DNA of 64,000 nt from Heterodontus francisci (GCF_036365525.1 NC_090379.1:55677805-55741804), one strand, 5' to 3'. Positions 1 to 13,277 are shown, numbered from the stretch's first letter. The notes: a model not told the origin generated them from the letters alone. Program-made: numbers and translations.

Positions 1-591
1 AATTGTTATGAATTTGGGCAAGCAAGCACCCTGATCAAAAACTCATTCATGTAGCATGCTCTTAGCAGATAAAATTCTTTCATTAAAAATACTGAAGAAA
101 ATTGAGGAGCCAAAGTGACCAAGGCAGCAAATTTGGATTAAAAATGATTAGGCTATCTGCTGCATCTCATGCAGCAGGTGCTACTTTTAACAATTCTTTG
201 GCAGGTGGCAACTCCTCATGTATGCAACTGACCCACAACTGAAAACATTACACCCAGGATTTATCCAATGTTGTCAGCTCTGTATTAAGTAGTAAATCTC
301 TAGGAATAATGGGTAGGGTGATTTGTGAGTTTAGCCCTATAATCATACTTGCATGGTCAACAGCAGGGTTTCTAACTAGAAAACGGGGTTAATTTGGTCC
401 AGTTTCTTATTGATATCATGACAGTAAGCCATTCTCTTTGACAAAGCTTTCAGACTATTGCACAGAAGCCTACAATACAATTAGATTTTTAATATAGTTT
501 CACCATGAGATAGTTATGCAGCCATTTGGCACAGCACCTTTTTATAAGCTTGTTAAAATCAAAAGCTTGTCTTTACCAAATGATTACCTAC

Positions 592-838
592 TTGGCCAAA
601 TTGAGAATTTCCAGGAGAAGTTTTTTATTTTTTGTATCCTGTACATTGTTGCCTGTGTAAAGTTGGAAGGCAGAACGCTCAAAGAAGGGTAGCACCTTAG
701 ATAAACCCCTCAACTCAATGAGGTACAAGAAATAAAGGTTTTGGAGCCTGCGCGGTCCTTCTCCTTTGGTAATCTGAGCATCAAACCGCTGCTTAAATTC
801 TGTAACATTGTGTCCCCACTTTCTTTCATACCAGGTAT
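592..838 (-). CDS. ERO1A: ERO1-like protein alpha, coding exon 12 (gene continues beyond window start)
   Basis: Translates [83 protein letters not shown]; AG/GT boundaries; 247 nt. Confidence 0.96.
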
Positions 839-1861
839 CTATGGAAAGAAAGATTATTCTACATTAGCTTGGCTATAAGATGAATGTATAGTGCACACAT
901 TTGATCCTCTAATATTGGTTCCTTAGCAAGACATTAACACAAAGAAATTTTTTAATAATCATTAGAACAGTAATTTCAATGAATTATCAATGGGCATTAT
1001 GAATTTTATCTTTAAACAAAATTAACAAGAAATGATGTTAAGCATTTAAATATACTTAGCTTATCCAGGATATAATGAGTCATCTGAGCTTTCAGTTGTA
1101 GGTTAATCGTCAGCAGATAATCAAAATGGGGCAACTCTGCAATGACTGCTTCAGATTTTTTTTTAAAAAGGTACTGTTAACAGTTGCATTGTAATGTTCT
1201 GCCTGTTCTTAGAATGTGTAGATTAATGCAAACTCTTTACCCTTAATGTGGAAAATGCTCGGCGGAGATGAAAATAGAAGAAATAAAGTATAGCTCTAAG
1301 CCCCATCACCCATGACAATAGAAACTGCCTGTGGCAGATGATACTAGGACTCAAAATTTGAATGTTGCAAACTCTTTATTTATAAATGCTCTTTTGCTTG
1401 AATTACACAAGCAGTTATCTATTGTGACCTGCAGAGGAGTTTACTTGTCCTGATGTACCCTTGGTCAATAAGTTATAATGATCAAAGTTTGTTTCAACAA
1501 TCCTTGCTATCATCATTTATTTTTTTTATGCACCGGAGTTACCTGGTCATTTCCTCTTTCTGTCTTCAGTCTTCCAGCTTTCAACTAAACAAAACTAATC
1601 AAGTTTTCAGCTAACAGACTTTTTTAAATTACTGCTCCCACTTCTAAAATGGATAACAGTGGAGCAGGAAGTTGAAACAAAAGCTGATTTTTTTTCTTAA
1701 ATATCTTTCTAGAAATAAATAGCAGTAGGAGGAATAGATAAAATGTTAGGCACAGTGAGAGAAAGTGAAAAGAGCACAGGACAAGTAGTGTTTTAAAGCT
1801 AAAATTCTAGTTTAGGATTTAACTTAACACAGTGGCTTGATTAGCTTTATTACAGTAATAC

Positions 1862-3525
1862 AGCAACAACTTGCATTTATAAAGAACCTTCAACATAGCA
1901 AAACATCTTACAGCACCTCACAGGAGCATTACAAAACAAAATTTGACATCAACATGGGGATATGAGGACAGATGCTCAAAAGTTTGGTCAAAGATACAGA
2001 TTTCAAGGAGGTTCTTAAAAGGAAGAGAGAAAGGCAGAGCGGTTTAAGGAGGGAATTTGAGTTTAGGGCCCAGGCAGCTGAAGGTATGACCACCGAAGTG
2101 ATTAAAATCAGGGATGCAGAAGAGGCGAGAATTGGAGGAGTGCCAATATCTCGGAGGGTTGTAGGCTGGAGGAGGTCACAGAGATAAGAAGGGGTGAGAC
2201 CATGGAGGGTTTGAAAACAAAGATGAGAATATTAAAATCAAGGCATTACCCGACTACAAACTAATATAGGTCAGCAAACACAGGTGATGCATGAACCGGA
2301 CTTACTGCGAGTTAAGATATGGGCAGCAGAGATCTGGATGGGCTCAAGTTTATGTAGGCTGGAAAATAGAAGGCCAGCCAGGAGATTATTGGAATAGTCA
2401 AGTGCACAGGCAACAATGGCATGGATGAGAGTTTCAGCAGATGATGAGCTGAGGGAGAAAAGATTCCAATGATGTTGCGGAAGTAGAAGGAGACAGTCTT
2501 GGTGGTGGAGCAGATACATGGTAGGAAGCTCATCACGGGGTCAAATACAACACCAAGGTTGCAAATAGTTTGGTTCAGCCTCAGACCATTGCCAGAGAGA
2601 GGGATGGAGTCTGTGGCTAGGGAATGGAGTTTGTGACGGGGACTGAAAACAATAGGTTCAATCTTCCCAATATTTAGGTGCAGGAAATTTTTGTTCATCT
2701 AGTACTGGATGTTGGACCAGCTGCGTGACAAATCAGAGAGACAGTGAAGGGGTTGAGAGGAGTGATAGTGAGGTAAAGCTGGGTATCATCAGCGTGCATG
2801 TACACTGATGATGTGTTTTCAGATGATGTCACCAAAGAACAGTGTGTAGATGAGAAATAGGAATGGGCTGAAAATAGGGATTTCAACCGTTCTGTGCATC
2901 CGCTGGAGTAAATTCTAAGAGGTATACGACTTACAGATATTGTGGATTGTTGAAAGTCCCTTAGGATTTTCCAGAATAAACAGTATCAGAGTTGCTGCTT
3001 GTACTATTATAGTATCTGCAGTGGCAGTTCAAAGAAGTTGCCAATACATCAAAACCTTCAATATTGTAAACACAATTGCTTATTTAAAACAGATCTGTGA
3101 TGTTATTCTCTTGTGGATAATAGATTTGCCTTTGCTGATATTTCTATTAAATCTCCTACGACATTCATAATTCTCCTCTCTTACAAAAATCTAAAGATCC
3201 CAGTCACTTAATTGCCATTACTGTAAGCTGAGTTATACATAAAGCCTTGCACAGAGGTAACTGTGCAAGAGTGGGAAGAGAAGTCATTCCCAATCATTCT
3301 CTGGCTCTGACTGGCTAGATAAGAATGGATCCAGGCAAGGGTAATCCCACCCAGATGGACTACAGAGGAGAGGTACTGGAGGACCGATGGTGTGGTCAAC
3401 CATGTCAAAGGCCACAAACAGGTTGAGAAGGATGAGGAGGGTTTGTTTATCACGGTCCATAGGATGTTATTTATGTTGTTTTTGATTTGGGTTGTTTCAG
3501 TGCTGTGGGCACTGTGAAATATATT
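1862..3525 (-). mobile_element. Decayed L2-type LINE (RT to 3' end), interrupted at 2884-3253
   Basis: Minus-strand RT remnants (HADDTQLY, NFLHLNIGKIE, NLGVVFDP, LAWIHSYL); 3' tail reads caacaacttgcatttat on +. Confidence 0.8.
2884..3253 (+). repeat. ~370-bp direct repeat, copy 1
   Basis: Near-identical to 4411-4778 (caaccgttctgtgcatcc ... cataaagccttgcaca). Confidence 0.95.
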
Positions 3526-3695
3526 TATTTCAGCATCACAGTGCAAGACCTGACTGGCCAATGAGGATCTCCTATTTCACCAACACCAATGGACTACAGA
3601 TTAATTAGGTGTTTCAGGCAGAACCGTCAGCATTTAGCAAATTGTCATTCATGATAAGAGGGTGTTGGAAAACAGTAAAGAGCTTCTGTACATAC

Positions 3696-3788
3696 CTCGT
3701 AATAGATATCGTGCACTAAGATGTATATTGATGCTGCTATGCAGACCTGAAATTGTTCGATAGAATGATCTCTTCTCGAGACACAATC
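3696..3788 (-). CDS. ERO1A: ERO1A exon 11
   Basis: [31 protein letters not shown]; AG/GT; 93 nt. Confidence 0.96.
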
Positions 3789-4053
3789 CTGAAATAGAAA
3801 ATTTGTTCCATTCTTTTATAATAATTGGCGTACAGATTTCTGTTCTAACTTGTATTTTATAGTTAGGCTATTGAAATCCTAATAATTCTAATAAAAACTA
3901 GATTGATGTATCTTGAACAGTTGGAATTTTGTTCAACAAGGCATTGAACACAGGTTTCAATGAAATCAAATAGATGCAATTTTATCTGCTAATAAAAAAG
4001 CATTATTGTACATTAAGGAGTCAACTAAGCTAAAAACATGAATATGCAATTAC

Positions 4054-4080
4054 CTTGCAGCCAGCTATAGAACGTTCCAC
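4054..4080 (-). CDS. ERO1A: ERO1A exon 10 (27 nt)
   Basis: GGTFYSWLQG, matching human ENTFYSWLEG; pyrimidine tract + CAG acceptor, GTAATT donor. Confidence 0.93.
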
Positions 4081-4410
4081 CTGTTTGGGGAAAAAAAATC
4101 AGATGACTTAAGTAAAGTACTTAAATGGTTTTGGTTTGTATTACAAACAAGAGCAAAAGTTAGGGCATTCAAGTCAAAACAATACTTAAGATCCCACATG
4201 CACTCTGAATTACATATTAGGCTAAATCCAGAGATGGAAAATTGATACAACTTCCTTTCTTCCCCACCCCTCCCCCCACCACCCCAGAAATAAATTCACT
4301 CTGGTAAAGAACTTCTCCCTGGAAATAGGATTCTAAATGACCATAGCATCAGACTTTTAAACTGCATTGCTAATCCAGTGAAGTACTCTAGTACAGTGAC
4401 GTTAAAGTAC

Positions 4411-4778
4411 CAACCGTTCTGTGCATCCACTGGAGTAAATTCTAAGAGGAATACGACTTACAGATATTGTGGATTGTTGAAAGTTTTAGAATTTTGCAGA
4501 ATAAACAGTATCAGAGTTGCTGCTTGTACTATTATAGTATCTGCAGTGGCAGTTCAAAGAAGTTGCCAATACATCAAAACCTTCAATATTGTAAACACAA
4601 TTGCTTATTTAAAACAGATCTGAGATTTTATTCTCTTGTGGATAATAGATTTGCCTTTGCTGATATTTCTATTAAATCTCCTACAACTTACATAATTCTC
4701 CTCTCTTACAAAAATCTAAAGATCCCAGTCACTTAATTGCCATTACTGTAAGCTGACTTATACATAAAGCCTTGCACA
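4411..4778 (+). repeat. ~370-bp direct repeat, copy 2
   Basis: Near-identical to 2884-3253. Confidence 0.95.
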
Positions 4779-5416
4779 ATGTATACAAACTGCTGAAACA
4801 TAATGTTTGCATTGGCAACATGATTTAATAGGTACAAGTTAGGAGAGCTGTTTTTTAAAAATTAGACCAAGGATTCCTTCTCAAAGCTGGTTACCCATTT
4901 AAGTAATGAAGATATCCTGTAATATGAAATTCTGTACCAACTTCCCTTTCTTCGCTGTCAAAGGTCAGTCTACAGTAAGGGGTACTAAACGATTAGAGAG
5001 CCGTACTATATTGTAGCATTACATACTTTGTAGAATTATTTAAATGCCACGTCAACGCCAAAAATTTTCTTTTGTGAAAGTTATCCCATACTTGAACAAG
5101 CACCATGGACCATCTGCCTTCCTTCTGTGCTGCTTTTATGGTTGTTGAGTACAATATATGTTTAAAACTACAACAGTCAATACTAAGGACAACTGAAAAA
5201 TCATCAATCATAAATAAAGACTGGTGATTTTTTATGATCCGTAGAGTGAGATGCATATATTTCAGTTTAAAGTAAACTTGGTCTTGTTTGTATTTTTGGA
5301 GGTGCAGAGGTGCAGTTGCCGTCCTCAGTCAGCATTTCATTGCAATGTAAAAACAGTCTTGAACTGCAGATCTAAGCCAACAGCTGTATCATCCAATACT
5401 GAGCAACAGAAATTAC

Positions 5417-5425
5417 CTTCATCAC
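5417..5425 (-). CDS. ERO1A: ERO1A exon 9 (9-nt microexon, GTGATGAAG)
   Basis: ttcttcttttgcag|GTGATGAAG|gtaatt on the minus strand; phase 1-1; gives ...PGR-G-D-E-G-GTFYSW. Confidence 0.75.
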
Positions 5426-6619
5426 CTGCAAAAGAAGAATATACCAATTCAAAAGAATGTCAAACATTCTTTAATTCCCTACATTGCAACAATAAACAAA
5501 TCTGATTTCCGAATACAAACCAAAAAGTAGCCTTCACCATCAACTATACATTTGTGTACAATAATAGATATTGATGTGCAATTAAAAGACAGCCATCTAT
5601 TTCAGGAGATAATACAAGTTAGCAGCACAAAAGGAACCCATTCAGCTCATTAAGCCTATGCCAGTGATGTGTATTCCAATTCCATGCCCCTTTTAAAGGG
5701 TTTAGCCACTTGTGATTCAGCATTCCATGATCTAATTATTTTTTGAACTTCCCTCTTCATATTTCATGATAATTCCGTGTCAATATCTCCTTGTTATCAA
5801 TTTTCTTTATTTCCTCAGAACATTCCATAATTTTGAAACTTTATTTTAAGACTCCTGCCTTTAACTTTCTTCCAGTGGAAAAAAAAAATCCCTGAAATTG
5901 AGGGCCTTCATAACTATAATCCTTCATTCTAGTTTTTTTTTTAAATGAATCCTCTTGTAGCCACATTCAAATTCTTTAGATTACAATCAAAGAGGTCTCA
6001 GAACAGTTCAGTGGGGCACATGATTATCTACATTCTGTCAATCTGTAAAAGATCCATTTATCCTTTGATGTGCTTTCTGTCCTGGCCATCCCTCAATACA
6101 TTCCCTTTATAAACCATGTGCTCTCATTTTCACAACAAATCTCCTTTGCATTTTATCAAATGCCTTCTGAAAATCCACATGTACCTTCACTGCATTCCTC
6201 TTGTCTTGATTAGTAAACTCAACTGAAAGATAAGTAATTTTGCAGCGCTGATGAAGGGTTCCACCCAAAACTTTAACATGTTTCTTTTATTTCTGTTTGT
6301 ACCAGATTCTCAGAATTCAGGAGTTTATTTTCCTCCTCCTTTGTAGCAAAATAAGGAAAATGGCTAATAATTTACTGGTTTATCCTATCCGGTTTCGAAA
6401 TTTGTCACACACCAGCCTTTTGGCATAAATTGCAATTTCCAAATAGTTTGGGAAAATTATGATTGTTGCCTCTGCTACCTTCTTTACAACCCCCTTCAGT
6501 ATTCTGGAATGCATACAATCTGGGCCTGATTACCTTTCAATACTAGTCCTATTGCCTTAATTATGTAAAAGGTTGCTGTATTAATATCCAGTCATGACTC
6601 TTCCACCAACTTCCTCAGG

Positions 6620-8780
6620 TATTCATAGAGAGTCATAGTGTAATAGAGCTATTATGGCACAGAAGGAGGCCATTTGTCCCAACAAGTCTATGCCAGCTCA
6701 CTGTAGAGCAATCCAATTAATCCAATTTCCTGGTTGTAACGCCGTAGCTCTGCAAGTTTACTGCCCTCAAGTGCAAATCCAATTTCCTTTTGAAATCACT
6801 GATCATCACCGCTTCCACCACCATCTTAGGCAGCGAGTTCCAGGTCATTACCACTCACTGTGTAAAAAAGTTCTTCCTTATATTCTCCCTACATCTCTTC
6901 CCAAAACCTTAAATCTGTGTCCTCTAGTCCTTGTACCATCAGCTAATGGGAACAGCTTTTCTTTGCCTACCTTATCTAAATCTGTCATTACCTTGTACAC
7001 CTCTATTGAACCTCCCCCCAATCTCCTATGCTCCAAGAAGAACAACTCTGCTTCCCCAACCTAACCTTGTAGCTAAAATGCTTCATGCCTGGAACCATTT
7101 TAGCAATCTTCTCTGCACCCTCTCAAGAACCCTCACATCCTTCCTAAAGTGTGGTGACAAGAAATGGATACAGTAAACTAGTTGTGGCCTGTCCAAAGCT
7201 TTATAAAGGTTCAGAATAACTTCCTTACTTTTGTGCTCAATACCTCTATTTATGAGGCCCAAGATCCCATACACCTTGCTAACTATTCTCTTAATATGTC
7301 CTGCCACCTTCATAGATCTATGCACGTGAACCCCCCCACCCCCACCCCACCTCCCCCCGGTCCCTCTGTCCATGTACACTCTTCGCCACTGTGCCATTTT
7401 GCCTCTCCCTATTCCTTCTACCAAAATGTATCACTCACACATCTATATATTAAATTCCATCTGCCACATCTGCCCATTCTGCTAGCCTATCTATGTCCTG
7501 TTGCAGTCAATTGGTATCATCCTCACTGTCTCCCACACCTCCAAGTTTGGTATCATCGGCATATTTTGAAATATTACTTGTATTCCAATATCCAAGTCGT
7601 ATTTAGGGAACACCACTGTCTACCATCCTTCAGCCTGAAAAACAAACTATTTATCAAAACTTGTTTTCTGGCCTTCAATCTTTTTTTATCCAAGCTGACA
7701 CTGACCCTCCTATTCCATGAGGCCTAGTTTGTTAACCAGCCTTTTATGTGGTACTTTGTCAGACATTTTCTTAAAATCCACATAGGCAACATCCATTGCT
7801 TTCCCTACATCAACCTTCTGTTACCTCATCAAAAAATTCAATTAGATTAATCAAGTACGATCTGCATTTTAGAAATCCATGCTGGCTCTCCTTAATTAAC
7901 TCAAACCTTTCAAGTGCCTGTTGATTTTTTTCCCCTGATTATTGTTTCTAAAACCTTACCCACCACTGATGTTAAACTGACCAGTTTGTAGCTACTTGGA
8001 ATGTTCTTACACCCTTTCTTGAATAAGGGTTTCACATTTACCACTCTCTAATCCTCTGGCACCTCCCCATGTCTAGGGAAGATTGGAAGATTTATGGCAA
8101 GCCCTTCCACTATCTCCACTCTCATTTCCTTAAGCAAGCTAGGGTGTGAGCCATCCGGTCCAGGCAACTTATCCACTCTAAGCATAGCCAGCCTTTCTAG
8201 TACATCCTGCCAATCAATTTTCACCCCATCCATTACCTCTAACATCTCCGCTTCTACTGATATTTTGTCAGCATCCTCTTCCTTCGTAAACACCAACACA
8301 AAAGTACTTAAGTATTCTAGCCTTGCCCTGAGCCTCTAAGCACACATCACCCTCTCTGTCCCGAATAGGCCCCACCCTGCCTCCTTAGTACCTGCTTACT
8401 ATTTACATGCCGATAGAAGATTTTTGGGTTTCCTTTTACGTTAACTGCCATTCTCTTATATTCTTTCTATGCCAGTCTTATTTACCTCTTCACTTCCCCT
8501 TTCATCTTATTGCATTTGGCCTGGTTCTAGCTTGAAGAATTCACCTGACACTCTAATTTCTTGTTTCATCATATTCCCTATTGCCCCCCTCATCCAAGGA
8601 GGCCTGGCTTTGGTTCCCTTACCTTTTACCCTTGTTGGAATGTATCTAGCCTGTACCAAAAACATCTCTTCCCTTAAGATCACTCATTGTTCTGTTACAG
8701 TTTTTCCTGTCAATCTTTGGTTCTATTTTACCCTAGCTAGATCCCCTCTCATTGAAGTTAGCCCTCTTCCAATTTAGAAG
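6620..8780 (-). mobile_element. Decayed CR1-type LINE fragments
   Basis: YKALDRPQLVYCIHFLSPHFRKDVRVLERVQRR; LRVDKLPGPDG; CR1 3' tail near 6630-6700. Confidence 0.85.
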
Positions 8781-8869
8781 TTCTTCAATTATACCTTCAC
8801 TTTCCTCCATAAAAACTGGTGCAAAATGATAGATCATCTCTGTCCTCTCTTATTCTTAAGTACAGAGTG

Positions 8870-9560
8870 AACATAGCAACAGGAGTAGGCCATTCTGCCC
8901 CTTAAGCCTGTTCTGTCATTCAATTACATCGTGGCTGATCTTCATCTTAACTTAATTTGTTCCATAACCCTTGATATCCTTATCTAACAAAAGTCTATCA
9001 ATCTCATCTTAAATTTCAATTGACCCCACATTCATAGCATTTTGGGGGAGATCCTTCCAAATTTTCGCTACCTTTTTGTTTGAGGAAGTGCTTCCACATT
9101 TAATTCACAAGTGACCTAGCTCTAACTTTAACATCACGTTCTATTATTCTGAATTACCCCACCAGAGGATGTAGTTTCTTTGTATCTGCTCTACTGAATC
9201 TGTTACTCATCTTAAGTACCTCGATTAGATCACACTTCAACCTTCTAAGGAAATACAAGCCAAGTTTATGTAGCCTGTCCTCATAACTCAACCCCTTAAA
9301 TCCTGGTATCATTCTGGTGAATCTACACTGTAACCCTTCTAAGGCTAATATATCTTTCCTGAGGTTCTATGCTCAAAACGGAATGCAGTTCTGATGGGGT
9401 CATCAGAATCCTAACTTTGGATTCCACCCTCCCCCACCCCACCCACCTTGCGATAAAAATACCTTTTGCACCAACTTTTAGGGATTTGAGGATACCCAAA
9501 TCCATTTGCTCCTCCACAGCTCCTAGTCTCCCACCAATAAAAACATGTCTTTCTCGGTTC
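8870..9560 (-). mobile_element. CR1-type LINE 3' fragment
   Basis: aggagtaggccattc..cccctt tail and degenerate RT C-terminus. Confidence 0.65.
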
Positions 9561-9842
9561 TAAATTGAGAAACATCATATTAACCCAGGGTAGATTATTT
9601 TGTCATTTCTCCTTTTTCAGAAGTATAATCAACTTAATTGGATGGTTGCATTTAGTCTTGCCCTGGTGAAAAGAATCCCATGTTCTCACTCTATGATCTC
9701 CTTACTGACAATTGTGGTATCGCTACTATAAATTTGGTAACACTTTTCATTGATTGATAAGAAATTCTATAGCCAATATAGTCACTCTAGTTGTCCAAAA
9801 CAATTGTTCAAAATACAGAAAGAAAGCAAGTTGTTAACTCAC

Positions 9843-9889
9843 CTCTGCCAGGAAACAGTGGGTTTAATGGTCTTCTAACAGAGGTAGGC
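9843..9889 (-). CDS. ERO1A: ERO1A exon 8
   Basis: KPTSVRRPLNPLFPGRG; AG/GTGAG; 47 nt. Confidence 0.94.
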
Positions 9890-10002
9890 CTACATAGAAG
9901 GGAGACATAAATAATTCCACAGACACTATTATACAATTTAATGATCTGAATGTAGTTTGTACAAGAGCCAGGGGTACTTTGTTCTATTGATAAATTACGT
10001 AC

Positions 10003-10123
10003 TTAAAACAGTTTTCTTCATAGATACTATTCCAGATCTTCCATGCTTCTGGACCTTTATAGCCTGTGTAACGTTCAGGATTGAGAAGCAGGTCTACGTA
10101 TTCGGCATCTGGAGAGTGCTCAT
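10003..10123 (-). CDS. ERO1A: ERO1A exon 7
   Basis: [41 protein letters not shown]; 121 nt. Confidence 0.97.
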
Positions 10124-10269
10124 CTGAGGGACAAAGTTGTATTTCATTCAGGAATTGATTTTTCTTCAACTTTAGGACAGTTTCCTCCAAGAGCTAATTG
10201 GCATTGTGCAACCCTATTGAACTCTAAAGCAGGACAGTTTGACCTGTACATTTATGACATACCATCAAT

Positions 10270-10425
10270 CTCTTCTCTTTGGCCTCCTTGTCTCGGGAGA
10301 CAATGGGTAAGCGCCTGGAGTGGCTATAAAGGCCAATACTAGAGTGACAGACTCTACCACAGGTGCTGCAGATAAAATTGGTTGTCAGGGCTATTTCGCA
10401 GTTGGCTCTCCCCTTGCGCTTCAAT
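10270..10425 (-). mobile_element. RTE-clade LINE 3' end fragment
   Basis: FICSTCGRVCHSSIGLYSHSRR zinc-finger-like terminus with short GAA-type tail. Confidence 0.55.
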
Positions 10426-11049
10426 ATCAATACCAGTCAACAAAACATGCAACTTCATCCTAGAAGGTATGACTGGGGCACTAATACACTTATTTTGTTC
10501 CTGTCTCAGGAGAATGGTCTCTATTCTCCTTCATTCCTGTTGGTTGCTAGTCCCTACAGTACTGCTGGGCTTTGTTAAATCATATGGAGCTTCCATTCCT
10601 ACAAGGTGCACACAAAGGGACCATTCATTACTGTAGGTCTACAATGCCTTCAGGTGCACAGAGCAACCAATGGGAAAACTGCATGTCTGCAGTCAACTGT
10701 GCTACTCCACTGTAGAACTGCCTTAAGTCAGCTTTAGACTCTCTTACACAGAATGGAGCGTCTGACTTTTATCATAATGAGCTCCAGCTTATGGACTGGT
10801 AGAGAATAGCTGGCTATGAGTGCTGGGTAGAGCAGGTACAGAGGTCTACAGCCATCCTATTTGGTGGTATATGCTCTACCAGTCATGTGAGCCAACTATA
10901 TTAGAAACTCTCCTATGGCCATTATATAAATTGTAAATATTTGCTGATGGTCTCAATGCATCACACAAAATCCAGTTGTATCAGACAGTACTGTCTAAAC
11001 ACAGAATAAATGTAATCACTTATTTTAAAAGTTAATGATGAGATCTCAC

Positions 11050-11123
11050 CATCAACTTCACAGAAGTTGTCTGTAGAGTCATCATGTCTGGTCCAGTCAA
11101 GCACTGCTTGTTTTGTTTCTTCA
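11050..11123 (-). CDS. ERO1A: ERO1A exon 6
   Basis: [26 protein letters not shown]; 74 nt; AG/GTGAG. Confidence 0.96.
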
Positions 11124-11434
11124 CTGAAAAGTTAAAGATTTTTTAAAATCATTGATCAGGTCTTGTTTGGGTTAGTAGAAATCACTCAGTGGACGAAGAA
11201 TATAGCCCCGATTTTAATTCCTTGACAAGAGCAATGCAGGCATCACTTCAGGCAGATAGCAAATTGTCTGGCCCTCTGCAGCATGTGGCCCAAGAAATTT
11301 TAACACCCAGGCCTCATCTGTAGACCTTCTCACATCCTGCCCAAACTCAGACATTTTAGCTGGTGGGAGGGAGCAGCATTTTGAATAGTAGGGCACTGCT
11401 ACTTGGGAGCCAAAAGAAAGTTCCCTGATATTCA

Positions 11435-11628
11435 GAATTACAAAATCACAAAAATTGTTACAGCACAGAAGCAGGCCATTCGGCCCATCGTGTCTGCACC
11501 AGCTTTCCGAATGGGCAATTCACCTAACGCCATTCCCCCGCCTTCTCCACATAGCCCTGCACATTCTTCCTTTTCAGATAACAGGTTAATTCCCTTTTGA
11601 ATGCCTCAACTGAACCCACATCCACCAG
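11435..11628 (-). mobile_element. CR1/HER1 3'-tail fragment
   Basis: acagcacagaagcaggccattcggcccatcg tail; VEAFKREL remnant. Confidence 0.65.
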
Positions 11629-12131
11629 GTAAGAGATAGGGAAGGAAATCAGGAGGGCTTGGTGATCGGTGGGGGGTTTGGGAGGGGTGGGGGGGGGGGT
11701 GGAAGAAGCATGGGGAAGGAGTGGTCTAAGGACCCTGAGGGGCCTCTTCTGGGTCCCAGCTCCTCTTGCCACAGGATTGGACTGGCAAGACTTCAGGTTA
11801 AATATTGCAACCAAGCTCTGCTAACCTAATTGGAGCCCAAGCTGCATGTTTAAAGGGTTCTGCAGATGTCCTTCTCGAATGTTCAAAACAGCACATCAAA
11901 ACTGCAACCCACAGGATGGCAGCCAGGTTGGTGGAGTTAAGTTGCTGTGGCAATTTTAACTGCCCGCCCTCCCAGTTTCCTCCTGATGGTCAGAGTTAGA
12001 AACAGCCCTAATAAGATACAGCCAGTTCTTTCTAGGTCAGACTGCAAAACATTTCTACATGAAACAGTTGTGAAATAATGAGAGAGAGTAGAATTTAAGG
12101 GCTATAGACCCTTTGTGTATCATCAAATTAC

Positions 12132-12217
12132 CTCAAAGAATTGTTAACAGCACCAAGTTTCTCAGCCTTTTCACATTCACGGTCATGTTGGGAAATGATA
12201 TTTGCTTCCTCAGTGTA
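12132..12217 (-). CDS. ERO1A: ERO1A exon 5
   Basis: YTEEANIISQHDRECEKAEKLGAVNNSLS; 86 nt. Confidence 0.95.
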
Positions 12218-13238
12218 CTGGAAGGTCATAGAGTTACACGAGTCAGTCATTTGTTACACATTTACCATAGTATCAGAAACTGTATTACTGAACGCTCACA
12301 TCAGAAATTTTCCATACCCATCACTTGTACTAGGTACTCGGGTAGGAGGGATTTGTTTTTTAGTGAAGGGAGGATGGTTCAGTGATCTGAGTGCTGGAGG
12401 AGGGAAGGATATGTGGGAGTGGGTGTGGGCTTTGTGACTTGGATCTCAGGTTGTGGGAGTGTTGAGAGGTACAAGGGGTGTGGAAGTGGTGGGAGCACAG
12501 GAGGTGAGTGGGGTTGTTTCTGGGTGTAGGAGCATTGGAGGCAGAGATGGGGGTAGGAAAGTAGGAGGAGGGATCTTGGTGTGGCAGGTGAAATGGCAGT
12601 GGAATGGATGGATAGGATAAGCAATAGCGAGAGGTTGAATCACACGAGAGCAGTCTCTGATTGCAGGTGAACTTGTACTTACATTATTATTCTATATAAC
12701 AACCCAAACTCCAATCACAATACAAATGAATACCCTAAAATACCCGTGCCGGTCACACTATCAATATCACACTTTTTCTTACTTAAAATAGTCACCGCCA
12801 TCTGTGGTAATTCTAAATATAGACATTTGTTGCCAAGGATTTTCAGCTCTGCAAACCAGTTGAAATGTTACAGTACGTAACCAATGGAGAAGAATGTGAC
12901 ATAACAGAACACAAAGCTTTGACCTTGTGATCTGAGGTCCCATCTGGATCCCTGGATAATGTTACTGTCCTATTGATTATTCCTGACATTTGCTAGAACA
13001 AATCAATACCTGGCAGATACTGATAATCTGGTAGTCATAATCTTGTACAAAAAAATGCATTTACACCATAGATTCCCCATAACTGAATACCTAATCCAGT
13101 TTTATAACACAATTTTCGGGTAAAAATAAACTTTGAATGAAATCAAACATTTTAAAATTATGCAGTAATTCATTTATACATTTTAAATACAATCAAATAC
13201 AGCATGAAATAAAATTGAAGCTATTGCAAATACCTTAC

Positions 13239-13277
13239 CTTAAAACTTTCTGATCTAATTCCAGCTGGGACTTCATT
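13239..13277 (-). CDS. ERO1A: ERO1A exon 4
   Basis: NEVPAGIRSESFK; 39 nt; AG/GTAAG. Confidence 0.94.

Noticed and set aside
2940-4736. Duplicated ORFs (RINSIRVAACTIIV...) as paralogous small genes
   Set aside because: They come from the 370-bp intronic duplication; frames differ between copies and there is no homology signal
9984-10190. 68-aa ORF as a standalone gene
   Set aside because: It is ERO1A exon 7 plus read-through into flanking introns
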